From positions 121,482,200-121,546,199 of the forward strand of contig NC_068981.1 in NCBI RefSeq assembly GCF_001194135.2: a DNA stretch of 64,000 nucleotides, in the 5' to 3' direction. The DNA is from Octopus bimaculoides (Eukaryota). Positions 50,997 through 64,000 of the stretch are shown one piece after another; the stretch's first letter is position 1, and each line of letters opens with the position of its first letter. A program made the position numbers and the translations under genes. The notes under the pieces were generated by a model. That model did no database searches. It saw nothing but the letters and a program-made list of their open reading frames with translations, and was not told the origin of the DNA.

Positions 50997-52160
50997 TACT
51001 TTCTGGCTGGATTATTTGACAGAAGTACACCAAAGTTTTGCTGCTTTCCTAACTGATATCATCCAGAACTCAGAGGTGGCTGAGCGAGGGAATAACATAC
51101 CTTCTACCAAAAACTGAAGACACAAAAAATCCACCACGTACAAGATCCTCACATCCGTACTAACTGAAACAATATACACTTTCCTGAAACAGAACTCTAT
51201 CCTTCCACAAGTTCAAAATCGTTGGAAAAGGAATTCTTATGGATGCAAAGATAAATTATTCATAAATAAAATGATTGTAGAGAATTGCCGGAGCAACAAG
51301 AAGTACCTGATTATGGTATGGGTAGACTACAGAAAGCGTTTGATTGTGTCGCACATAATTGGCTACTCAAGGCCCTCGAGATATATATGATCTGTCCTGT
51401 CGTCTCTAAATTCTTACATGGTAGCATGGTCAAATGGAATACCCGTCTCCTTCTAAACCATAGTAATGGTATGAGCCAATCTAACAACATCAACATCAAA
51501 TTAGATATCTTTCAAAGTGACTCCTCTCGCCATTACTCTTTTGTATGACACTGATCCCACTCTGAAACGAACTGAGCAACATCAGGTATGGGTTCAAAAT
51601 GTATAATATTAGAGTCAATCATTTGTTTTATATGGACAATCTGAAACAGTTTGCCAGAAATGACAAAGAGCTGTTAAGGCTGTTAACAACTGTTAAAGAG
51701 TTCAGCAATGGATTTATAAGTGTGCTAAAATAACTTTTGTAAGAGACAAGCTCAAGGAAAACGCTTCCGTTATATTGGATAACGACACGACCATCAAGGA
51801 GCTTGACCCACAACAAAGCTATAAATACCTGGAGACAGAAGAAAGAGACGGTATACAACATGCAACTATGAAGGAAAAGATACGAAAGGAGTATTACAGA
51901 AGAAATGAACTCATACTAAAAACTGAACTCACTTCCAAAACTCGCACCCTTGCACTTCTAGTAGTCCTATACAGTTTTAACATCATTAACCGGAATCTTC
52001 CAGATCTCCAACGCCTGGACAGGAAAGCAAGGAACTACTCACATCTGAGAACATGCACACTCAAAAGTAGCCGTTGAGCGTCTGTACCTACATAGAAGTA
52101 ACGGGGGGGGGCGGGAAATGATGCAGGTAGAACTGGGCTATAACACCCCACAAAAGCAAT
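50997..52160 (+). mobile_element. R4/Dong-like non-LTR RT fragment, 5'-truncated at (TAA)n
   Basis: FWLDYLTEVH, EGITYLLPK, GCKDKLFINKMIVENC, WVDYRKAFDCVAHNWL, IFQSDS.SPLLF, NHLFYMDNLKQFARND, SYKYLE..IQHATMKEKIRKEYYRR, RLYL. Frameshifted. Confidence 0.9.
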
Positions 52161-53594
52161 GAGCACGTCCTTATCTAGTACAAATGACTGGTTGTTATTC
52201 ATGTGCCTTGTGCATCCTTACCAGACGGGTAGTCATGATTCAAATGTCGCGTCGGGTTGACTAAGAGACTGCATGTGTAAACTGGTAAAAAAATATCAAT
52301 GAGGAAGTCCGTCTTATAAATACTACATCTTTATATATTGTCCATGTGTTCGGTTATCGTGAAGTATATGCAAGTGCTATATGTCCTAAAAATGCACTTT
52401 AGTTATCTGATATATAATGATCGATAAACTATACACCAAAATGACATGTTTAACACGAAATGGTCTACAATAAATTACTTGATGTTGGTGATCGAGACTC
52501 ATTACAATCCAATGTCAGAAGACTTTAAAAGGAACAATGCAAACAGCAGCAGCAATATGTTGTTTTGATGTTGATCAGAGTCCTTTTTAAATACGCATGT
52601 TTAGTTATTAGTGTCGTGGTCTTAAGCAATTCATATGAAAACTTACCGCTAATACGACTGTCAGCATAGATATCGTAACCAAATCGATCAGTAATGCTAA
52701 TTAAATAGCTTACACCTACAGTAGGTAAGAATCCACTTGAAATCAGTAACGAAATATATTTATACTTTTATCAAAACTTGATAAAATTAATGCCATTGAA
52801 GTTTCTCATTTCGTTTTTATTATATAAAAAGAAGTATTCTATAAACTGTCCAAACTCATTAAGTAACGTTAAACCCATTTTATTTAAATTTGAGTTACAA
52901 CTTAAGTACGATTTGTGTATTTCGGTCAAAAGATTAGGGTTAATAGTCGAACTGTATATTTTGAAAAATCGCATACATTTAATGTTGCATTTCCAATCAT
53001 AAAATTTACAATATCAAGTATGTTGGTCAGGCAATCTTTATATTTATTGCTTTCTGTTCAATACAACCAGAAATAGATCAAGAAAACTTTATAGGCAGAA
53101 CAAACGACTGTGACAAGAAAGCGGTTGGGTGAAAGAAGAGTGAATTTGAAAGCACGTCACTTCATATACATGCAAAATTCTTAGCTTTCTTCTTCAAGAA
53201 CAATACTTCCTTTACTTTCTGTGATACACGTAAAGAGTTTTAATACATTTCAACTGTAATAGTAGTTTGACTTTCATCTTCTGTCTGTCAGTATTCTCGA
53301 TTTAGAATGTTAAATGTAAAGCTCTTTCTGGCATATCAAATCCTTCTTGGATGTCAAAAGTAGTTAGCAAATGCCTGCTGTCAACGAAGACATATCAACT
53401 CTCGCAGTAATTCAATGATATCTGTAAAGCAAGAGTAATTTTCTGAGAGATTGGTCACCCAGAATAGAACTAAACGGAAACTTCCCAATAATTAATTGAA
53501 GCCTAAAATGTTAGGTAATCGAGAGAACTGCATGTAGTATAGACAGTTAAATATGTACAACAAAGTAAATATATGTATCAAACATGCATATATA

Positions 53595-53641
<47 letters not shown>

Positions 53642-53949
53642 NNNNNNNNNNNNNNNNNNNNNNNNNNNNNNNNNNNNNNNNNNNNNNNNNNNNNNNNNNN
53701 NNNNNNNNNNNNNNNNNNNNNNNNNNNNNNNNNNNNNNNNNNNNNNNNNNNNNNNNNNNNTATCAACCATGGTTCTTTACATGTGAAACAAAGGTCTTTC
53801 ACCGAAAAGTACACATATATTATTTTATTTTTTGTTGTTGAAAAGACATTTTGTTTTATTTTCCGCAGAATTTTCATTTGATAGAGTATCTGTATGTGTA
53901 TCATTGTTGATATTTTTATTGATGTTTTTGTCGTGGTTGCTGTTATCTT

Positions 53950-55190
53950 TGTGACTACATGTTCTGCCTTTGCGTAACTGTTTAAGGTACCAAGCTAAGT
54001 TGTTTTCTTTGCTTTTGCTACAATTTTCACAAATAATCAGTCCTCTAACACCTTTCTGTCTTTCAACATCACTCTCTTCAATGGAGTTCTTTATACATCT
54101 TCATCAATTTCCAAGTATTCTAATCAATACTTTCTACTTTACCCTAATTTCAAGTCCTACTCCATAACACACGAGATATACAGCCAGTGTATTCGTTTCT
54201 TTGATCTTATTCCTTCTATCGAATTTAGATGATATTACAAGTCTCATCTACCAGAGATTTTATTTTTTTAACATCTTCAGTTCTTTCTTTTGATCTTATC
54301 CAACTAAATGGCTCCAAAATGTTTTTATCCTTTCTATCGCACTTCTTTGATAGTCTGGCTATACCCAAGCTCAACCCCTCTTTGTTAGTTTCCCAGGTTT
54401 CTTTTTTATCCCTAAACCAATCTTAATAACCCTGACTAATCAAGTAATTTGTAGTAGATGTTAAGCTGTTAATTTCCTCATCTTTCGCCAATAACCTATG
54501 GATAACAGATGGTTTATCGTAATACAATCAAGCATATATCGCATTTTCACCTTTCTAAGGCTTTAGACCAGGAAGCGATACAGAAGACAATGAAAAGTGG
54601 CGATAAATTGTCTTTCTGAAAATGTATCATCGCGTATGCTAACAGATCCTGACTGTTCTCTGCAGGAAATTAACTCTGTTTTCCAGCTGACCATCGATCT
54701 TCATATAAACTTATATACATTGTCTGGCACTTGAGTAAATTCCAGGCATTCTAATATCTAGATGTGGGTGAGGGGGGTCATATCGTAGACTTTCTTATAG
54801 CCCAACCAGGTCATAGCTCAATTCTTGCCTCTTACAATTCGTGAGGATTGTTTTACGAACCAAAAGTTGATATTTATACCCCTGCTATTCTTTTTATACC
54901 TTTTCTGCTCTTCCAGGAAAATTTCGTTTGTCTGAAGCAAATTATATATGGTCTCAAATATGATTTCAGTCATAAGTTTCAACATTATTGGTGAGCAAGA
55001 TATGGGTCTACAATTATCTACTGCACTATCTTTAGTAGGGTCCTTTTGACAGAGCACAGTCCTTCCCGCTATCACCCATATGGGCATCTCTGCTCGGTTG
55101 CTTAGCGTGTACTTCATTTAAGCTACGTCGCTTTCAATTTTTGTCGCTCTTTCCAGAAGCTGTGCGTTCGTTTTCTGTAATTTTTTAGAC
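53950..55190 (-). mobile_element. R4/Dong-like non-LTR RT fragment
   Basis: WVIAGRTVLCQKDPTKDSAVDNCRPISCSPIMLKLMTEII, MTWLGYKKVYDM, then decayed YKYLG..LDKIK and NGRNKIK..INTLAVSR equivalents. Confidence 0.85.
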
Positions 55191-55748
55191 TCCCCACCCT
55201 TAACATCGACAGGCCTATTCCGTTTCAGCTACATTCAGCTTCTTCGACCCTCTTGTTCCGGCAGCATTACGATGACGACTGACCCAATGCTGCTTATATA
55301 TGGGGAACCTGCTAGCGAAGATACCTTCAGAGCTACTTCCTCCAGCATCATTAACTCTCTTATTTCTAGTTAATTGTTTCTACATTATTCATTCAAATAT
55401 TTTCCCCATTTTAGTCAAACTGAGATCAATGTTTTGAGACACCATCCCTAGTGATTGTTGTAAACAACTGAATGAGGCACTCAGACTATAAAATTGAGGT
55501 GAGCAATCATGTGCTGTGTTCAACCCTGTACTCTAGACAGCACAAGATTACAAACATTATGACTCTCATTATGGATCTTGTTTTCCTTCCCGCAAGGTGT
55601 CAAACATCGTCCTCCTTACCATTCTAACCTGAGCGATTTACCAATTCAGTTTCATTATTGCTATTAATAGTTGTTGTCGGTTGTGTTGGTGTTGGTGTTG
55701 CTGCTGTCTGCACCAGCCACCACGTCAACTAATTTTGTAGTCAGAAAT

Positions 55749-55793
<45 letters not shown>

Positions 55794-56125
55794 AAGAGAG
55801 AGGGGGAAGGGAGAAAGAGAAAGAGAGAAGAAGAGAGAAAGAGAGAGAGAGAGGAAGAGAGAAAGAGAGGTGTGGGAAGGATATTGAGAAATAGTTGATA
55901 GACGAAGGAGCAAGAGTTATAAATGGAAGTAGTTGGTGGGTGTCAGAGAATGACTGCTAGAGACGGGGTGGAAAGTTAGGGTATCGCATTCATCTTGCCA
56001 GTGGAGAATTCGAGCATATATGTGTGTATGTATGTGTGTGTATATATATATGTGTGTGTGTGTATGTGTGTGTGTGTGTGCGTGCGCGTGCGTGTGCGCG
56101 CGCGTGTGTGTGTGTGCGTGTGTGT

Positions 56126-57295
56126 ATGTGTGGTCTGATCAAAAAGTATCCGGACTGTCGTCATAGTAACGACGCTAGGGCACGCAGAATGAAGCCGCTC
56201 GACATAGTTGGACCGTAACCTCTGCTGTGTAAGCGTACTAAATTTTACCATTGTAAATCCCTTCTGCTATTTACAGCAGTGCTTAGAAGAAACGTGCGTA
56301 GCGTGTGATCATCGCATTGACCATGACAGAGAAAGTTGGGCGCAAAATCAGCATCAAACTTTGCCAAAAGCTTGGGGATACCTGCTCAGAGGCCTACGTG
56401 AAGTTTCAGAAAGTGTATGGAGAGGAGGAGTGTATGAGCCGAAAAAGATCGATAGTGACGAACGTTCTGGAAGACCCGCAACCAGTAGAACTTAGAAAAA
56501 CATCGCAGATGTGCATGCAGCTCTCAGGAGAAATCATCCTTGAATTATCAGAGGATGTACAGATTAGTTACGGTTCAGTTCAGTCCATAAGCACTGAAGA
56601 TTCGTGTCTGCCTAGTTTGTGCCACAACTGCTTTCAGCTAACCAAAAAGACACTCGAGTTTCAGTTGCACAAGATATCCTTGATTTGTCGAGAACAATGA
56701 ACACTTTTTGAAAACGGTCATTACAGGTGATGAATCGTGTGCCTATGGCTATTACCCCGAAACAAAGGTTCAGTCTTCCCAGCGAGAGACCATAGCCTCT
56801 CCGAAACCAAAACAATAGGAAGACACTGTTGGCCGTTTTCTTCGACTACAAGGGAATAGTTCATCATGAGTATACTCCACATTGTCAAACAGTAAACAAG
56901 TAGTTTTACCGCGACACTTTGCAGTGTTTACAGGATGCTATTCGTCGGAAAAGGCCACAATTTCACGCGTTTGGTGAGTGGTGGCAATTTCACCATGACA
57001 ACACACTTGCCCATTCAGCGCAGCTTGTACGTCGGTTTGTGATTAGGCACAGCATTCCCCAGTTCCAACAGCAACTGTATTCCACAGATCTCGCCCCTTG
57101 CGACATTTTCCTCTTTCCAAATAACAAATCACGTTTGAAAGGAGGAAGATTTCAGGAGTCGAGGAAATCAAAGTGAATGCTACGGGGCAGCTGCTGGTTA
57201 TCCCAGAAAACGAGTTCAGGAAATGCTTCTATCAATGGAAACAGCGGTGGATAGAGTGTGTAATTTCCGAAGGGGAGTAATTTGAAGGAGATTAA
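56126..57295 (+). mobile_element. Mariner transposon with degraded DD34D transposase (ATG 56323 to TAA 57295)
   Basis: 5' TIR TGGTCTGATCAAAAAGTATCCGGAC; ITGDESCAYGYYPETKVQSSQ; FHHDNTLAHSA...YSTDLAPCDIFLFP with D2-D3 spacing of 34. Small internal deletions and frameshifts; 3' TIR not seen before the gap. Confidence 0.9.
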
Positions 57296-57320
57296 ATGCC
57301 AAATTGGTGCATGTTTTGTG

Positions 57321-57385
<65 letters not shown>

Positions 57386-57930
57386 NNNNNNNNNNNNNNN
57401 NNNNNNNNNNNNNNNNNNNNNNNNNNNNNNNNNNNNNNNNNNNNNNNNNNNNNNNNNNNNNNNNNNNNNNNNNNNNNNNNNNNNNNNNNNNNNNNNNNNN
57501 NNNNNNNNNNNNNNNNNNNNNNNNNNNNNNNNNNNNNNNNNNNNNNNNNNNNNNNNNNNNNNNNNNNNNNNNNNNNNNNNNNNNNNNNNNNNNNNNNNNN
57601 NNNNNNNNNNNNNNNNNNNNNNNNNNNNNNNNNNNNNNNNNNNNNNNNNNNNNNNNNNNNNNNNNNNNNNNNNNNNNNNNNNNNNNNNNNNNNNNNNNNN
57701 NNNNNNNNNNNNNNNNNNNNNNNNNNNNNNNNNNNNNNNNNNNNNNNNNNNNNNNNNNNNNNNNNNNNNNNNNNNNNNNNNNNNNNNNNNNNNNNNNNNN
57801 NNNNNNNNNNNNNNNNNNNNNNNNNNNNNNNNNNNNNNNNNNNNNNNNNNNNNNNNNNNNNNNNNNNNNNNNNNNNNNNNNNNNNNNNNNNNNNNNNNNN
57901 NNNNNNNNNNNNNNNNNNNNNNNNNNNNNN

Positions 57931-57967
<37 letters not shown>

Positions 57968-57984
57968 GTGTGTGTGTATATATA

Positions 57985-58120
57985 TACAGGATGCGATGGG
58001 TAAGTTGTTGCGGTATAATATTTTAAATTTCGCCCATGCTGTCAGACAGTTTCTGCGACCAAATCATCCCTAACATCTGGCCACCTAACTCACCAGACTA
58101 TAATTGCCCATGGTACTGGA
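57985..58120 (+). mobile_element. Internally deleted Tc1/IS630-type remnant
   Basis: TACAGGATG terminus followed ~90 bp later by WPPNSPDYN (WPPNSPDLN motif). Confidence 0.5.
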
Positions 58121-59249
58121 GTTAAACAAGAAAAATGTCGTTTGTTTTATGGTGTTTAAATTATTAATCATACACAATACATTTATACATATAAATGGCT
58201 CTGACACGTAATTATGCTAGACATCAAATCACTATGATAGCTACAGAGAACACAAATTCAAACACAAAACTAAACGTAGGAGAGAAAGGGAAAATGAGCA
58301 TGAACACCTTGGTGAACACATAATGGAAGAAAATACCCCAATTACACAAATAAATAATTTAGTAGACAGTAGCAGTAACTACAACAAATACTTCGTACCA
58401 TAATAGTACCAGCCTGTAGTATCACACCTTAATTGTGAGATGGAGAAGAATTAATGGGGAAGAAGTTACGAAGGAACCAATGAAATGTCGAGTTACGAAG
58501 GGATGCCGAAGAAGTAAGAAAGCGCACAAGAATGACTGGACATAATATATCTAAAGCAGATGAGAAAGGATTGTCTATTCACACAATAAAATCTTTTCTC
58601 AAGTAACAACGAAATGCATATGACGAATATTAAACTATGATTCACTATTGTTTGTAAATCAAGCGGTTAATATACAAAATTACATATATGTGGTGAAACA
58701 GCGGCGCCTAATTTATAATGACACATTAGCACTAAGATGCATAAAAAATATGAGCAACAACTAAATCATCGATCTCAAGTAAGATTAAATGGAAGCCATT
58801 ATATTGAACTCAAGTGTTTTCTTCAAGTCCAAATGTGTCGAAAAATGATGCACTCGAACACAGACTGAGAAAGGGTTAAATGAAAAGGGTCATGGGGTAG
58901 GCAGCTTAACCCAAGTCAATATATCTTCTCTTAATTCATTACATTGTGTCTTGTTTTAACAGTTGATTTTTTTAATTGTATTTTATCGCCGGGAAAGTGT
59001 GTGTATGCCTTTCATGTCTGTATATATGCATATGTATTAGTATGTATGTGCCTCTAGGTATACATATGTGTGTACGCATGTGTGTGTGAAGGAATATATT
59101 TGTTTAAAATTCTGACTATATCGTTCCATAAGTAGCATAACGGACAATATGCCCCCACTCCATAATTTGAGAACGTCTTTCTTTTTTTACACACGCTATA
59201 TTGCCCTTCGTTTCTCCGATCTCTTGTGGCGTATTATTAATTATTATTA

Positions 59250-59899
59250 TTTCTTCGTAACACAGTATAGTCGTCTGTCAAGTCACAACAAGGACCTCAG
59301 ACAGATAATACTTTCCTTAAGATGTGCACTGTACCCAATAAGGCTGCTTCTTGCAAGACATGAATCTTGCATGAGATTTCCAGTTCCCTTAAGAAGTTTT
59401 GAAGTTTCAATGGGATTAAGCCTAACGCTCCGATCACCATTGGTATCACTTTTACATTATCCTCTCGCATTCCAAACAATCTTGCCATTTCCACTTTCAA
59501 TTCGGAGTACTTGGTGATTTTTCAATCTCTTTACTCACAACAGTCATGTCACGTGGTATGGCTACATCAATGGTCTGAAAGTAATTGTCTCTCTTATTCA
59601 ATATGACAATATCTGGCCGATGGTGTTCGATTATACGATCCGTCTGAAAATCATAGTCCCAGAGTATCGTTATGCATAACTTTATTTGGCACATTCTCAT
59701 ACCAGTTCTCTGTAACTTCATATTGGTATTTATGGCATAAGACCCAATGAAGATACACACACCTTATCGTGGCGGTGTTTGCATCCTTTTTGTGCAAGGC
59801 TTTCACATCCACTCACCAAGTGGGTCACATTTTCCACACTCCACAGAGTCTATATTTCTGGATGTCAGAAGTTTTATAGATGTTATACTTCACTGAATT
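59250..59899 (-). mobile_element. R4/Dong-like retrotransposon 3' end (RLE endonuclease domain), ending at a short (TAA)n tract
   Basis: ILWDYDFQTDRIIEHHRPDIVILNKRDNYFQTIDVAIPRD...KY and VKVIPMVIGALGLIP...LQEAALLGTVHILRKVLSV*. 59617-59899 aligns with 28650-28945. Followed on the minus strand by AATAATAATTAATAATAC. Confidence 0.9.
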
Positions 59900-60492
59900 A
59901 GTGAATCACAGAAGGAAATGCGATCTAAAAGGTTCTTCTCAGTCAACTCCTGTGGTACCCAAACATCGTAGCGATTTGTGTACCCAAGTTTTACCAGGTG
60001 CTCACGAACGACGGATTTTGATAGGTTGAGGCTTCCTGCCAATTTTCGGGTGGTGCAATGTGGGTTATTCTCAATTAATGACATGATTTGGTCATCATCT
60101 GTAGTGGATGGTCTGCCTGATCGCTCTTTATCAATAAGATTACAATCTCCAGCTCGGAACATTGCGAACCACTTTCGTACAGTTCTTTCGGGTAAAGAAA
60201 CCTCACAGTAAACTGCGCATATTTCTTTGGTTGCTTGTGAGGCATTTTTCCCCTTTACAGAAAAAGAAAAGCATCAAGTGCCGAAAATGAACTTTCTTAT
60301 GTTCCATTTTAAAGGGTTACAGAATTAACACAAGTTATAGGAACATAAACCTTCTTCCACGAAAAACATAGCTTAAACTGTGCTCTAAATGGAGGTGTAG
60401 TCAAATCCTATTTTATGGACTCAACTATGTTCTAAAATAAGTCGAAAGTTAAGCTAGTATAAATCGGCATGAACTTACCGGACAACCCAATA
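59900..60492 (-). mobile_element. Mariner 5' half fused to the retrotransposon fragment
   Basis: TIR TATTGGGTTGTCCGGTAAGTTCATGCCGATTT at 60492; ATG at 60307 (MEHKKVHFRHLML); FRAGDCNLIDKERSGRPS...WVPQELTEKNLLDRISFCDSL. Confidence 0.88.
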
Positions 60493-60967
60493 TATACAGA
60501 AGTAGATAGTGAGTGAGTGACCGATAGGTAGATACATACATGCATACACACACACACGCAGACATACACATGCATACATACATATACACACATCCATGTA
60601 TACATACATACATACATACAAACATACATACACACATACATACATACATACATACATACATACATACATACAGATACCTCTTCGCTCCAAAGAACAGATG
60701 AAGTGAAAGTGCAAACTTAACACTTTCAGGACAGGATTCAAGATTTAAGTTCAGCAATGATGAAATTGCATCGCTTCCAATGTATAATATGCTTGGTGAC
60801 ATCTTCGTTTTGTGAAATATTTTTTCTCCACCAAAATGCACTATTCGAATGTTCTAATTGGATTGATAAAAAATATATCTCTTTTGCAACACTTACGATA
60901 CATATTTGAATGTATGTTATATACATACAGACTATGTACATACAACCCACATACATTCCACTATGTA

Positions 60968-61013
<46 letters not shown>

Positions 61014-61104
61014 NNNNNNNNNNNNNNNNNNNNNNNNNNNNNNNNNNNNNNNNNNNNNNNNNNNNNNNNNNNNNNNNNNNNNNNNNNNNNNNNNNNNNNN
61101 NNNN

Positions 61105-61166
<62 letters not shown>

Positions 61167-63153
61167 TTGAACTGTGATTGTGTCTTTGTCACCAGTGAAT
61201 GCTGTATATACATTTTAATGTTTACTTTACGAGCAGATCGTTCTGGTTTCTGTACTAGTTGTTAAAGTTAACTGCTGCACCAATCTCATAGGTCTGTGTG
61301 TCTTTGACTTTTATTTTCTCTTTCTTGCAGTTCATATATTTCTTATATATTTTGTCTTTGTTTATCCATTGTCAATAGCTTGCCAGATATTTTGAAGTTC
61401 CTCGTTTTCACAAAGCTTATGAAGCAAATAACTTAGTAATAATCAGGAACTTGTCTGATATAGTTCGCAGTACTTTCATGTTTTATATTTATTATTTTAT
61501 TCATTAGTTTTTGTTTTGTTTTTTGTTTTTGTTTTTTGTCTCTACTGCCATTGTCATTTCTGGATCTGTTCTGTAATTGTTGAATGGTACATATTTGTCC
61601 TCTTATTAAGCATTGTTTCTCATCGTCATTACTGAATACAATGTATGAGCAACACTGTCAGGCACCTTTTTTGATAGCCATGTGCATACTAAATACATGA
61701 ACCCAATTTCGCTAAAGATCATATACTATCATTAGAAACTGGAAGAGAATATTCAGTGATGAAGAATGAAAAACACATATCAAGAAAGAACATAAATTAA
61801 CACTAGCTTGTCTTCCCGAGATAAAATTGAAGAAAATCAGTCCTTATTGTGAGAAGCTCATATCATTCAGTAATACCAAAAACAAAAAAGAAGTAAATAG
61901 ATAAAGAGAGAGCTAGAGCGAGAAACGGGGTGAAGAAAAAATTCTCTCAGAAGTACTTACATATCACTTAACGTTTTATAATGTTACATATTTTAAATGG
62001 TCTTGCTCTCAAAGTATATTAAATTATAATAACTAAAGCTGTTAAACCTCTCGTAAGTGTGATGCAGCCCACCCCATATGTGGGTTCGATCCCCAATACA
62101 TTTTGAATCCACTATTTTTCAGTTAGTGAAAGAACTAAAGAAAAAACGATTTTAGTAGCTGTTGCGGTTTGCTCCAACATTGTTAGGGTTGGCTAAGTTC
62201 TCAACCGAGTAAGGACTCTTTGAGCGGTGCACTCTACATATTTACAATTAAATAGCACATAGTGAACACATCCCTTGTGCAAATTTCATTTTCATTTAGC
62301 TTAGCTTGTAATTCCACGGTCAAAGTACAGTGAGTATCTTATGTATCAATGAGCTCTCTCTCGGCACCATCAACACCCACATTTACATACACACATCGAG
62401 TCATATATTTAAGTATGTTAATTAATTCATTCGTTTGAAATGCAAGTGTGTCGGTAATGAGAGGATGCAATATTACACATTTGAATTACGTAATGTCAGC
62501 TTTAATATAACTATATTCTAGGATTGATTGATCGCAACCTGCAAATACTTCAGACAAAATAAAAGGGTGATCTGACATGTTTACTTTGCAGAAAGCCATT
62601 AGTGATAACGATAAGAACAGAAAAGGAATTCAACAGATATTGCATGAGTTTATAGCAAACTACTTCGCTCACACTTAAATGAATAAGAATGTATTCGAAT
62701 CTGTATCGAAATGCGATCAGATAGCCATAGAGTTATTTGGGATATACATATATATATATATATANNNNNNNNNNNNNNNNNNNNNNNNNNNNNNNNNNNN
62801 NNNNNNNNNNNNNNNNNNNNNNNNNNNNNNNNNNNNNNNNNNNNNNNNNNNNNNNNNNNNNNNNNNNNNNNNNNNNNNNNNNNNNNNNNNNNNNNNNNNN
62901 NNNNNNNNNNNNNNNNNNNNNNNNNNNNNNNNNNNNNNNNNNNNNNNNNNNNNNNNNNNNNNNNNNNNNNNNNNNNNNNNNNNNNNNNNNNNNNNNNNNN
63001 NNNNNNNNNNNNNNNNNNNNNNNNNNNNNNNNNNNNNNNNNNNNNNNNNNNNNNNNNNNNNNNNNNNNNNNNNNNNNNNNNNNNNNNNNNNNNNNNNNNN
63101 NNNNNNNNNNNNNNNNNNNNNNNNNNNNNNNNNNNNNNNNNNNNNNNNNNNNN

Positions 63154-63211
<58 letters not shown>

Positions 63212-63944
63212 ATGTATATATGTATGTATGTATGTATGTATGCATGTATGCATGTATGCATGTATGTATGTGTGTATATATATGTGTGTGTGTGTATTTG
63301 TATATAGATGTATAAATTTATGTGCATATACATTACTGTGGGGCATGCATGGTGATGTGGTGCTTGTGTGGGGTTTGCATGTGGGTGGGGATATGTGCGT
63401 GTAAGAATATATTTATACACGTGATCAAGTTCGAGCTTATTTTAAGGATGAAAGTTGGGAGAGCGATGAAGTGAAGGTAAAACGGTCTCTTTAAGCAGAC
63501 ATTATAAAATTGGTTTTAAATGAAAACTTTAACCAAAATCTTCAGAAAAAAATTAACTTTGTTTTTGACAATGATGTATATATTATTTTCCACAAGCATC
63601 TAATAACATTTTAATGAAGACTAGTGTGAGGAAATACAGTCAAATCTATACAGAAAAAGTGGTCTTCCATTTGTATTGTCTTATTATATTGCCGTCAAAC
63701 ATAACATTATTGTTATCTTTTTAAATGACTGTCTGCTGAAAGTAGTTGAGGCATATTAAATGGTTATGTCATGAATTGTGTCCAATATAATATATACAGT
63801 ATGCGTCCAATTACACTAGTAATATTTAAACTAAAAGCGTTTTACATAACTGTCATTTAGAAAAGAAATATTTCTCTTTCAGTTAAGAAGAGGTACTTAC
63901 AGCTATGTTTGACGGAGCTGCTGTAGCTAGCAAATTATTGATTT

Positions 63945-64000
63945 CAAATATTGGCACAAGGCCAGAAATTTTGAGGGAAGGTATAAGTCGATTTAATTGA
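63945..64000 (-). mobile_element. 3' tail of a SINE (47993 family), running off the window
   Basis: TTTCAAATATTGGCACAAGGCCAGAAATTTTG is the reverse complement of the tail at 48160-48195. Confidence 0.65.

Noticed and set aside
62060-62100. GGGTTCGATCCCC B-box as a tRNA gene
   Set aside because: No cloverleaf or A-box; at most a decayed SINE head.

Overview
AT-rich animal genomic DNA from a gapped short-read assembly. About 30 N-runs are mostly flanked by (TA)n, (CA)n, (CATA)n, (TAGA)n or (TAA)n microsatellites. The repeat landscape resembles an octopus/cephalopod genome (inference from SINE types and microsatellite load). I found no convincing host exon, tRNA, rRNA or CRISPR array, so this looks like intergenic or deep intronic sequence. 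It is filled with decayed mobile elements: several mariner (DD34D) and Tc1 copies, a ~3 kb hAT-type element with long TIRs, at least six fragments of R4/Dong-like RLE non-LTR retrotransposons (three abutting (TAA)n tracts), Penelope-like element (PLE) ORF fragments, and tRNA-derived SINEs. The main signal not visible in the ORF track is a set of about ten hammerhead-ribozyme (HHR) motifs or half-motifs at six loci. One, at 12205-12280, has a fully intact catalytic core. At four loci the HHR-bearing repeat occurs as inverted arms with the ribozymes reading outward from a central spacer. There is also a ~645 bp palindrome with no spacer, and a structured 300 bp insertion flanked by an unusually long direct repeat. 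All alignments and folds were done by eye, so identities are approximate.
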